Shown here: positions 1 to 7,607 of the stretch, piece after piece
Position numbering within the stretch: position 1 is the first letter of the stretch
Layout of the letters: each line of letters opens with the position of its first letter
From: an uncultured Gammaproteobacteria bacterium
Lineage (GTDB): Bacteria; Patescibacteriota; Patescibacteriia; JACRJV01
Assembly: GCA_964576005.1 (NCBI GenBank)
Contig: CAZNTM010000001.1
Coordinates: 3,711 to 67,710 of the forward strand
Direction: 5' to 3'
DNA length: 64,000 nt
The notes under the pieces: generated by a model
What the model was told of the DNA's origin: nothing
Databases searched by the model: none
What the model saw: only the letters and a program-made list of their open reading frames with translations
Position numbers and translations under genes: made by a program

Positions 1-38
1 TAAAGTGTATCGTGTCACCACGGATGGAGGTGTTGAGT

Positions 39-1682
39 ATGAATCCTAACACCGACGTGCTCATCTTAAGCGCGGGGCGGGTGGCTTCGGATATCGCAAG
101 TGTGGTCGGCGACATCCCTTCTGGTATGGTGCCGTTGAAGGGCAAGCCGGCAATTGCCTGGATTATTGATGGCTTACTTGAACAGGGATTTGAGCGCTTC
201 GTGGTCTCGGTCGGTTTTCGAAAAGAGCCACTCATACGTTTCTTGGAAAGCCGGTATGCCGAACGATGCGTTGTAACGATTGTGGAGGTTGATTTTCGGC
301 TTGCCCCTGGTAACTCATTGCTCTCCGGCCTCGCTCAAGTCAAAAGTCCTGACGTGCTGGTCGTGCTGGGCGACACCATTCTCCGTGAACCGTTGGTGCT
401 CAAAGAAAGCGTGGTTTATACATCAGCACGGTTTAATGATCCAACAAAGTGGTGTTTGGTTCGAGCCCGCGTCGATGGACAGCTCTGGCAGCTCTATGAC
501 AAGCAGGATGTTGAGGGCAGCGATTTGCGAGCACTGATCGGCGTGTACTATTTTCGGGATGCCGTGGCACTTCAACGGATTGGCAATGCGCTCGACCCAT
601 CAGCGCGCCACGAAATCAGCGAGTTGTTGTTACGCTATAACGCTGTAGATCCGATTCGCTGCGTCGAAGAACGCGCATGGCTCGATATCGGACACCTCGA
701 AACGTATCATCGTGCCAAGATTGCATGTTCGGGCGCACGTCAATTTAACGCGCTCTCCTACGACCCGCTTCAGGGGGTGATTACAAAACAAAGTACAAAC
801 GAGGAAAAACTCCGCGATGAAATCCACTGGTATAAGAACGTGCCAGCGTCGATCGCTCTTTTTGCCCCTCGCCTGGTTGCGGCAGTGGAAGAGACCCCAA
901 TGCGGCTTTCGCTTGAGTACTACGGCTACCCAACCCTTGCCGAACTCTTTGTCTACGGCAACCTCCATGTGCGTATCTGGAACGAGATCGTTCAAAAAGT
1001 GGTTCGGATTCTCCTCTTGTTTCAAGAGCATCCAGGGGAAGTGACCAAAGCAGACTATGAGCAGGTGTATCTCCGAAAGACCCGTCGGCGCATTGCGACG
1101 CTCACTGAAAAAGACCCCACGTTCCGTGAGCTCTTGAGTGCAGAAACAATCACGGTGAACGACGAGCCACTCGCAAACCTCGAGAGGCTCTGGCCGTTTA
1201 TTGAGCGTACCGTGGAGCGCCTCTATGGAGAGGGCAAGGGGCAGCACTGTTTTCTCCACGGCGATTTTTGTTTTTCAAACATTCTCTTTGATCCGACCAG
1301 CGGCGTGGTGCGACTTATCGACCCTCGTGGGCGCTGGGGGTCTTCATCGTCAGGAGATCTCCGCTATGATGCTGCAAAACTTCGCCACTCTGCCTCTGGA
1401 CTCTACGATCACATTGTTCATGATTTTTTTGTGGTCCGTCAGGACGGCGATGCGATTGAACTCCGTATCAACGCCAATGGTGAGCATGCCGCCATTGCCG
1501 ATGCGCTTGATCGGGCTCTTGAAAAATACTGGGACTTGAACGAGATTCGTTTTATCGAAGGATTGTTGTTTCTCTCTATGCTTCCGCTTCACCCCGAGCG
1601 ACAAGAACGACAGCTTGCCATGTACGCGACGGGCTTGAAGCTTTTAAATGACGTCAAGGCAGCGACCGAGCAAAAAGCCTAG
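39..1682 (+). CDS. Bifunctional protein: N-terminal sugar/alcohol-phosphate nucleotidyltransferase domain fused to C-terminal APH/choline-kinase-like (protein-kinase-like fold) kinase domain
   Basis: ORF 12..1682 begins on GTG; in-frame ATG at 39 is preceded by GGAGG (27-31). N-terminal ~230 aa resemble NTP_transferase (LicC/MobA-like). C-terminus carries the Brenner kinase motif HGDFCFSNILFD followed by LIDPRG, typical of choline/aminoglycoside/anomeric-sugar kinases. Confidence 0.6.
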   Translation: MNPNTDVLILSAGRVASDIASVVGDIPSGMVPLKGKPAIAWIIDGLLEQGFERFVVSVGFRKEPLIRFLESRYAERCVVTIVEVDFRLAPGNSLLSGLAQVKSPDVLVVLGDTILREPLVLKESVVYTSARFNDPTKWCLVRARVDGQLWQLYDKQDVEGSDLRALIGVYYFRDAVALQRIGNALDPSARHEISELLLRYNAVDPIRCVEERAWLDIGHLETYHRAKIACSGARQFNALSYDPLQGVITKQSTNEEKLRDEIHWYKNVPASIALFAPRLVAAVEETPMRLSLEYYGYPTLAELFVYGNLHVRIWNEIVQKVVRILLLFQEHPGEVTKADYEQVYLRKTRRRIATLTEKDPTFRELLSAETITVNDEPLANLERLWPFIERTVERLYGEGKGQHCFLHGDFCFSNILFDPTSGVVRLIDPRGRWGSSSSGDLRYDAAKLRHSASGLYDHIVHDFFVVRQDGDAIELRINANGEHAAIADALDRALEKYWDLNEIRFIEGLLFLSMLPLHPERQERQLAMYATGLKLLNDVKAATEQKA

Positions 1683-1692
1683 TGTTTTGTCT

Positions 1693-2442
1693 ATGGTTGT
1701 GGTTATTGCCATGGCAGGGGAGGGCAAACGGTTCGCCGAGATCGGCATTCGCGAGCCCAAGTATGCCATCGTGGCTCGCGGTAAACCGTTGTTCGATTGG
1801 GCTCTCTCGAGCGTGGCGCCCTGGTTTGAGAGAGCACAGTTTCGTTTTGTTGCTCGGCAAGGTGTAGCGGAGTTTATCAACGAGCGCTGCAGGGTTCTCG
1901 GTATTCGCTCATCAAGTATTGTTGCGCTTTCAGCCCCAACCGACGGACAGGCCACTACGGTACTCAACGGCATTGAGGATCTTGATGCTCGCGAAGCAAT
2001 GCTCATCTACAATATTGATACACACCTTATCGCAGGCGCACTTTCTGCTGATGATATTGACCCTGGCGATGCTGGTTGGGTAGCGCTTTTTCGTGCCCCC
2101 GGAACGCACTGGAGTTTTGCGAGTCTTGATCCCAATGGCCGGGTGCTCGATGTCTCGGAGAAAGTGCGTATTTCCGATTTTGCTTCGATTGGATTGTATT
2201 ATTTTCAATCTATTCAACTCTTTGAAGATGCCTATAAAGCAAGGGCGGCATCAACCATTGAGCGCTACGGTGAGCTCTATGTGATGCCGCTTTACCACCA
2301 TCTCCTGGAGCAGGGACTTCCTGTTGGATCAACCGTGGTCCGTTCGGACGAGGTCATCCCGTTGGGTACCCCGGAAGAGTTGGCGCGTTTTGATCCAGTG
2401 TTTAGAGATCGAATCTCCAAACACACCTCTCCTCTCCTATGA
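1693..2442 (+). CDS. Second sugar-phosphate nucleotidyltransferase (LicC/G1P-nucleotidyltransferase-like)
   Basis: ATG at 1693, 11 nt after stop of upstream gene. N-terminus MVVVIAMAGEGKRF matches the G-x-G-x-R nucleotidyltransferase signature. Last ~15 codons are encoded by a REP hairpin (RDRISKHT). Confidence 0.55.
   Translation: MVVVIAMAGEGKRFAEIGIREPKYAIVARGKPLFDWALSSVAPWFERAQFRFVARQGVAEFINERCRVLGIRSSSIVALSAPTDGQATTVLNGIEDLDAREAMLIYNIDTHLIAGALSADDIDPGDAGWVALFRAPGTHWSFASLDPNGRVLDVSEKVRISDFASIGLYYFQSIQLFEDAYKARAASTIERYGELYVMPLYHHLLEQGLPVGSTVVRSDEVIPLGTPEELARFDPVFRDRISKHTSPLL
2399..2423. repeat. REP-like hairpin copy 1 (tgtttaGagaTCGAAtctccaaaca; 10-bp stem, 5-nt loop, one stem mismatch)
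   Basis: Palindrome read directly from sequence; identical core recurs at 2628 and 3183. Confidence 0.8.
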
Positions 2443-3182
2443 AGAAACCTGAGTTTGCCAACGGTGAGATTTACCATATTTACAACCGTGGCGTCGAGAA
2501 GCGGAGGATTTTCACCACTGACCGCGATCATCGTCGCTTTCTTCACAATCTGATTGAGTTTAATGATGAAGAGTGCGCGTTGCCATCAAACGTTCGACTG
2601 GGCGAAAGAACGCCAGCCAATGCGAAATGTTTGGAGATCGAATCTCCAAACATGGAGAGGCTTGGCAGCAAGCAGGTGACGATTCGCCTGCGGAAGCTTT
2701 TTGTTGAAATTCTTGCCTTCTGCCTCATGCCGAATCATTTCCATCTCCTTGTCCGACAGCGAAGAACAGACGGGGTAGTACGATTTATGCAAAAGATGGG
2801 TGTCGGCTACACGATGTACTTTAACCTTAAATATAAACGTGTTGGTCCGCTTTTCCAAGGCGGCTTTAAGGCAGTGCACGTCAGTGACGAAAAACATTTT
2901 CTCTATTTACCCACCTATATTCATGCAAACCCTCTCGACCTCTATGAACGCGAGTGGCGGATACAGCGAGTGAAAAACCCAGCAGCAGCGTTTGAGTTTA
3001 TGCGGCAATATCACTGGAGTAGTTTTCGCGATTACATTGGTGAGCGCGGGTTTCCGGCACTCACCCAGCGTGAGTTTCTTTCCGAGGTTCTCGAAGGGCC
3101 AAAAATGTATAAGCGCTTTGTGCAGCAGTGGCTCAAGATGCAGGATCAGCTGGGACCAATTCATGATCTTATCCTTGAGTAA
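2439..3182 (+). CDS. REP-associated tyrosine transposase (RAYT) / IS200-like Y1 transposase TnpA
   Basis: N-terminal EIYHIYNRGV and the HuH motif MPNHFHLLV are the IS200/RAYT hallmarks. Identical REP hairpins flank the gene. GC content is visibly lower than in neighbouring genes. Confidence 0.75.
   Translation: MKKPEFANGEIYHIYNRGVEKRRIFTTDRDHRRFLHNLIEFNDEECALPSNVRLGERTPANAKCLEIESPNMERLGSKQVTIRLRKLFVEILAFCLMPNHFHLLVRQRRTDGVVRFMQKMGVGYTMYFNLKYKRVGPLFQGGFKAVHVSDEKHFLYLPTYIHANPLDLYEREWRIQRVKNPAAAFEFMRQYHWSSFRDYIGERGFPALTQREFLSEVLEGPKMYKRFVQQWLKMQDQLGPIHDLILE
2628..2652. repeat. REP-like hairpin copy 2 (aTGTTTGGAGAtcgaaTCTCCAAACAt), located inside the RAYT reading frame
   Basis: Perfect 11-bp stem; translated in frame as CLEIESPNM within an unusually long linker between the two conserved RAYT motifs. 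Confidence 0.8.
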
Positions 3183-3207
3183 TGTTTGGAGATCGAATCT
3201 CCAAACA
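3183..3207. repeat. REP-like hairpin copy 3, immediately after RAYT stop
   Basis: Same palindrome atgtttggagatcgaatctccaaacat starting 1 nt after the TAA at 3180-3182. Confidence 0.8.
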
Positions 3208-3269
3208 TTGGGGTAAAAAATGGCTCCAGCAGTGTAGGGGTCCTAGACTGCTGGAGTGTTGCCGATGAG

Positions 3270-3908
3270 TTACGGCCTGAGCATCGTCCGCGCCCAAGCG
3301 ACGAGGTCCTCTGGCAAGTCGGGCTGCGGGTCGCTCCAGCCTTTGCCCGGCCAGTCGGCGACGCGGAGAAGCTCGCGGAGAACTTCTCGCTGGTGGCTCG
3401 GGTTCTCCGGATCGAAAAGCTCTTCCATAGTGACCACCTCGTACTCGGCGGTGAAGCCTTGTTCACGGGCGATCTTCGTGTGCACCGCGTGCAGACGTCT
3501 GGCGTTTCTTGGGTGCATCACGAGGATGAGGTCGTTGTACGGAAGATGACTATTGAGGATGAGCCTCATTGAGAACCGTGAATTCTCCACACCGTTGCTG
3601 GCCGTCGGTTCGATCAAGAGTTGCGACCTCGAGACGTGGTGTTGTTCCATGAGGAGCTTTCTTTGATGTTCGGCCTCCGGGATCTTGAGGTCACCGGAGT
3701 CCTTGCCGAAACCGCCAGTCAGCAGTGCCCAGTCGATGAGGTTGCGCTGGAAGAGGATCGCGGTTGCCGCAGCCATGCCCGGATCCTGCCGACAGAACAC
3801 GATGGCTCCGTCGGCTCGCGTCAGCTTGGAGTTCTTTGCGGGAAGTCCGCAGTTCATGTAGCTGGCGATCTTCAGATACTTCTTGAGGTCTGCGTCGTTG
3901 GTTGTCAA
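3270..3908 (-). CDS. DUF218 / YdcF (ElyC-SanA)-family protein
   Basis: Pattern GG.G...E...L...GV...I.E..S.NT.EN..FS ... ILVMHPRNARR matches the DUF218 signature (LVTSxYHMxRA-like). Confidence 0.5.
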   Translation of the reverse strand: MTTNDADLKKYLKIASYMNCGLPAKNSKLTRADGAIVFCRQDPGMAAATAILFQRNLIDWALLTGGFGKDSGDLKIPEAEHQRKLLMEQHHVSRSQLLIEPTASNGVENSRFSMRLILNSHLPYNDLILVMHPRNARRLHAVHTKIAREQGFTAEYEVVTMEELFDPENPSHQREVLRELLRVADWPGKGWSDPQPDLPEDLVAWARTMLRP

Positions 3909-4045
3909 CGAAATTCCCTCCTCGGGATTGTCGAGCGGACGTTACCACGACGCGTGGAGCAGCCCTGTGAGGGTGTCTACGGTTTCTCTGGAGTTGCCAG
4001 AGATCAGGATGTCGTAGCTCGTGACCTTGAGCGGATCGTGCTCGG

Positions 4046-4798
4046 TCAGCATGCCATCGCGGATACTGAAGCCGCGGCTGCGCCGCCGGCTTTGAGCACG
4101 AGCAGCACGCCTGCGATGTCCCATGGGCCACTCATGCCGGTGGTGATCTGGGCGGCTGCGAAGGCGCCTCCGTTCGCAACCAGCGCCTGGTGCATGCCGT
4201 TGGATCCTAGCATGAGTATGCGCGATCGCTTTGAGATCGCGACCATGAATCGGCTCATCTGTTCGTCAGTCATGGTCCCATGGTGGCCGACGTTTCGATC
4301 GAGGAAGACCACGGAATACGGTGAGAGCGATCCGTCCTGCACCTGACAGGGTATGGACTCTTCGCCTTCTCCGTCGCCCGTCACGCAGACCGTCTTATCC
4401 TCTTGGTCTGCCCACCAGATCCGTTCGGTGGCCGGGTCTCCGATTGCAACGAATTCCACCTGGCCTTCCGCATTGATGATCGCGATGATGACGGTGCTCG
4501 TCGCCGCCCCTACCATGAAGGCCCGGGTGCCGTCGAGTGGATCACAAATGATCGTTCGCTCTCCAGTGCCCTCGGACGTGCCTTCTTCTCCTTGAAAACG
4601 GAAGTCGTCAAGGCCGCTAAGCTCCTCCATTATTTCTATCTCTGCCCGTGTGTCGGTCTGGGTGACGGGGCTGCCGTCAGGCTTCGTCTCGACCAGGCCT
4701 TTCCGCGAATTGAGGAGGTCGTACTTGACGATTTTCATTCCAGAGCGAAGCGCATTGAAGATAGTATCCCGTACTTCCACGTCAATTGGGATGCGCAC
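4046..4798 (-). CDS. Inositol monophosphatase / CysQ-family phosphatase
   Basis: Contains the IMPase/FBPase metal-binding motif ICDPLDGT and a later GTMTDEQ... block; ~250 aa. Confidence 0.65.
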   Translation of the reverse strand: MRIPIDVEVRDTIFNALRSGMKIVKYDLLNSRKGLVETKPDGSPVTQTDTRAEIEIMEELSGLDDFRFQGEEGTSEGTGERTIICDPLDGTRAFMVGAATSTVIIAIINAEGQVEFVAIGDPATERIWWADQEDKTVCVTGDGEGEESIPCQVQDGSLSPYSVVFLDRNVGHHGTMTDEQMSRFMVAISKRSRILMLGSNGMHQALVANGGAFAAAQITTGMSGPWDIAGVLLVLKAGGAAAASVSAMAC

Positions 4799-4905
4799 GA
4801 TGTACCTCCAAATTGTTCAAGAGCGCCGAGCGCCTATTGGTGTTCTAGACAAACTCGATCGGCTACTATGGCGCATTGACCGCGAGATGTCAAGCGTGTG
4901 TGTGT

Positions 4906-6222
4906 TTACGAAAAAGATTTTTCTACAAGTTTTGCGATTTTCATTCCTTCCCGCACCGCAAAGTTCGTGCCGCGGTCTTCGGGGAAAATTTGAGAAAAAT
5001 TTGCGAGATAGACGTTTGGGAGCGGCGTCTCGTAGCTGGGGATTTTGGTTTCATAGTTGGTATCAACAATGTGCTGCGCGTTTTTGAATCGAAATAGATA
5101 TTTTTCATGGATTGCATCTTCCTGAAACTCGGGGAAGATTTTTTTAAGGCCCGCGAAAAATTCTCGATACAATGACTGTTCAGGATCGCTAAAATAGCGA
5201 TGTTCATGCGGGAGGTACGTGCCGAGATAATAGACGTGCTGACCGCCATAGGTTGCTTTGTCTACGAGGTTGGTATGCTGGAGAAACACGAGAAATGGAG
5301 AGGAGAGGTCGTTGATATTATGCCAGTAGGCTCGGCTCAACGACTGTGGCGATGAAAAAACGAGCAGTACTGCCCCGAGATAGTGGATTTGCTCAAGGTG
5401 GCTCCAATAGCTACTGTTTGGGCGTGACTCGTGTTTTGTGATGCGAAGAAAGGTGTGCGACGGCACCGTACAAATCATGGCGTCAAATTTGTCACGACTC
5501 CCGTCTGCCATCGTGAGTGTGGGGCGAGCGTCTGGTGATGTAATGGATTGGATGGCGGCATGATAGTGGATCTCGACGCCAAGCGAATCAAGCCTTTTTT
5601 CGAGTGCATTGATGAGAATCTGGAAACCGTTTTTAAAGTACACCACTGCTTCGCGCCCGTGGTGTTTTGAGTTGGCCCTCACATGAATGCGCGCCCAGAG
5701 CCACGCCATCGAGATATCCTTGGCGTAGTGGTGGAATTTTCCTTTTAAGAGTGGCTCCCAGACCACGGCGTATGCTTTTGGGCCGTACCATTTTTTAATC
5801 CAGGCGACCGCTGGGATGGTTATAAACCCTCGCCAGTTGGAAACGTGTTGAAGGGAGAATGTGACGATGCCGAAGCGAAGGCGGTGGAAGAAGGGGAGCG
5901 GGGTGAATCGTGATAGGTCCAGTGCGCTGCCAAATCGAAAGAGCCGACCATTGGCGTACATTGCGGTTTTATTTTTACAGTAGAGGAGTTCGTCTTTCAG
6001 GCCCAACTCGGTGGCAAGCGCAATCATATCAGTATCGCTCGTAAACAGGTGATGGTAGGCTTTTTCAAGGTTTGCGCCCCCGATCGTGAACCCGCCGGCA
6101 AGACCGCCCAAAACCTGACTGCGCTCAAAAAGAGAGACCCGGTGTCCGGCTCGGGCCAGTGTGTACGCGGCTACCATGCCGGTAAAGCCGCCGCCGATAA
6201 TCGCAACATGCTTAGGAGACAT
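4906..6222 (-). CDS. FAD/NAD(P)-binding oxidoreductase (amine-oxidase / phytoene-desaturase-like Rossmann)
   Basis: Dinucleotide-binding N-terminus MSPKHVAIIGGGFTGMVAAYTLARAGHRVSLFE (start placed on this Met, 6222). Overlaps stop of upstream GtrB-like gene by 11 nt. Confidence 0.6.
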   Translation of the reverse strand: MSPKHVAIIGGGFTGMVAAYTLARAGHRVSLFERSQVLGGLAGGFTIGGANLEKAYHHLFTSDTDMIALATELGLKDELLYCKNKTAMYANGRLFRFGSALDLSRFTPLPFFHRLRFGIVTFSLQHVSNWRGFITIPAVAWIKKWYGPKAYAVVWEPLLKGKFHHYAKDISMAWLWARIHVRANSKHHGREAVVYFKNGFQILINALEKRLDSLGVEIHYHAAIQSITSPDARPTLTMADGSRDKFDAMICTVPSHTFLRITKHESRPNSSYWSHLEQIHYLGAVLLVFSSPQSLSRAYWHNINDLSSPFLVFLQHTNLVDKATYGGQHVYYLGTYLPHEHRYFSDPEQSLYREFFAGLKKIFPEFQEDAIHEKYLFRFKNAQHIVDTNYETKIPSYETPLPNVYLANFSQIFPEDRGTNFAVREGMKIAKLVEKSFS

Positions 6223-7159
6223 CGGGAAGATTCTTGGTTTCCTTGATGATATAGAGGGGTCGTTTTCTCGTCTCAATATAGATGCGGCCAAGGTACTCGC
6301 TTAACAGCCCTAAAATGAGCATCTGCATGCCGTGGAGAAAAAATGTGAGAATCACAATGATGGTAAACCCCGAAACCGTATATTCCGGAAAAAATATGCG
6401 TTTGCCAGTAATATAGATTCCTCCAATGAAACTGGCGGCAGCGGTTAAGAGACCGAGGTAGGAAATAAGCCGGAGTGGCTTGACCGAGAAACCGGTCACC
6501 CCATCAATGGCGAGTTTCAATGATTGTTGGAGAAGTTTGTATTTTGATCGGCCGGCAAAACGGTCATGGCGGTCGTAGAGCACCGCAGTCTGCGGGAATC
6601 CCACAAACGATGTAAGCCCTCTCAGATAGCGGTTTTGTTCGCGAAACCGTTTTAACTCTTCCACCACTTTTTTGTCGAGCAGTCGAAAATCTCCCGCATC
6701 GGTTGGGATTGGGATATCCGAGAGCATGTTCAATACCCGATAGTACACATGAGCAGTGAGTTTTTTAAGGCGACTCTCTTTTGCTCCACGACTGCGGCGT
6801 TTGGCATAGACGACTTTGTAGCCTTTGCGCCACTCATCAATGAGTTCCAGGGCCACATGGGGCGGATCTTGCAGATCGGCGTCCATCATGATCACCGCGT
6901 CGCCTTGCGCGGTATCGAGCCCAGCAGTAATGGCGATTTGGTGACCGAAGTTTCTGGAGAAGACGATGGTTTTTACGAACGGGTGTTGGAGAGCCAAGGT
7001 ATGGATCAGCTCCACAGATCGGTCGGTGCTGCCATCGTCGACAAAAATAAATTCAAGCTGGTCCGTGAGCTTTTCTCGCAGCCCAAGTAACTGCTCAAAT
7101 AATGCGGGTAGGGTATCTTCTTCGTTGTAGACGGGAAGAACAAAAGAAATTTGGGCCAT
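6212..7159 (-). CDS. gtrB: GT2 polyprenyl-phosphate glycosyltransferase (GtrB/ArnC/DPM1-like)
   Basis: FVLPVYNEE...FIFVDDGSTD...MMDADLQDPP GT2 core followed by C-terminal TM helices. RBS AAAGAGG before ATG. Confidence 0.75.
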   Translation of the reverse strand: MAQISFVLPVYNEEDTLPALFEQLLGLREKLTDQLEFIFVDDGSTDRSVELIHTLALQHPFVKTIVFSRNFGHQIAITAGLDTAQGDAVIMMDADLQDPPHVALELIDEWRKGYKVVYAKRRSRGAKESRLKKLTAHVYYRVLNMLSDIPIPTDAGDFRLLDKKVVEELKRFREQNRYLRGLTSFVGFPQTAVLYDRHDRFAGRSKYKLLQQSLKLAIDGVTGFSVKPLRLISYLGLLTAAASFIGGIYITGKRIFFPEYTVSGFTIIVILTFFLHGMQMLILGLLSEYLGRIYIETRKRPLYIIKETKNLPDVS

Positions 7160-7165
7160 ACCTCT

Positions 7166-7555
7166 TTAGCGCTCCTCTTTTTCAGCAACAGCCTTAAAAA
7201 TGAAGTTCCGTTGAAGGACGTAATTGTAGAGAAAGACAACTCCGGTTGCTAGCATACGGGAGAGCATCGCCGAGAGGTGGACGCCGTCAATGAAGAGTGC
7301 AAGCAATCCGTAGGTGATGAAGAGACCTCCAATCGTGACGCCAACAAAGCTTCCGAGTTGACGCACCATGCGTTTGGAGGGATCGCGGAAGGTTAGGTAC
7401 TTATTACAGAAGAAGCTGACGAGTGTGCCAAGCGTCGAAGAGAGCGTCACACTTGCGATGTAGTGCCAACCGAGCCGGGTATTCGTGAGGTAAAACGCGC
7501 TCCAGTCAATAGTGGTCGCAATGGCTCCGAAAAAGGCGAAGGTGAGCAGCTGCAT
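7166..7555 (-). CDS. gtrA: GtrA-family small membrane protein (polyprenyl-P-sugar flippase-like)
   Basis: 129 aa, 4 predicted TM helices, typical GtrA length and hydrophobicity, directly upstream of and co-oriented with the GtrB-like gene (6 nt gap). Confidence 0.65.
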   Translation of the reverse strand: MQLLTFAFFGAIATTIDWSAFYLTNTRLGWHYIASVTLSSTLGTLVSFFCNKYLTFRDPSKRMVRQLGSFVGVTIGGLFITYGLLALFIDGVHLSAMLSRMLATGVVFLYNYVLQRNFIFKAVAEKEER

Positions 7556-7607
7556 AGTGAATATTTATGGTAGCCTAATTCTCTTGATCTTTGCAATGGG
7601 AGACGGT

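Larger units (their letters stand above)
2399..3207 (+). mobile_element. REPtron-like unit: RAYT gene bracketed by REP hairpins
   Basis: Three copies of the same hairpin within 810 bp, centred on an IS200-like transposase. Confidence 0.65.

Noticed and set aside
3621-4346. 241-aa plus-strand ORF and 146-aa minus ORF (3691..4131)
   Set aside because: Antisense to the DUF218 and IMPase genes, which have recognisable motifs; Arg/Ala/Gly-rich low-complexity translations typical of spurious high-GC frames.
6749-7090. 113-aa plus ORF
   Set aside because: Lies antisense inside the GtrB-like gene with strong GT2 motifs.
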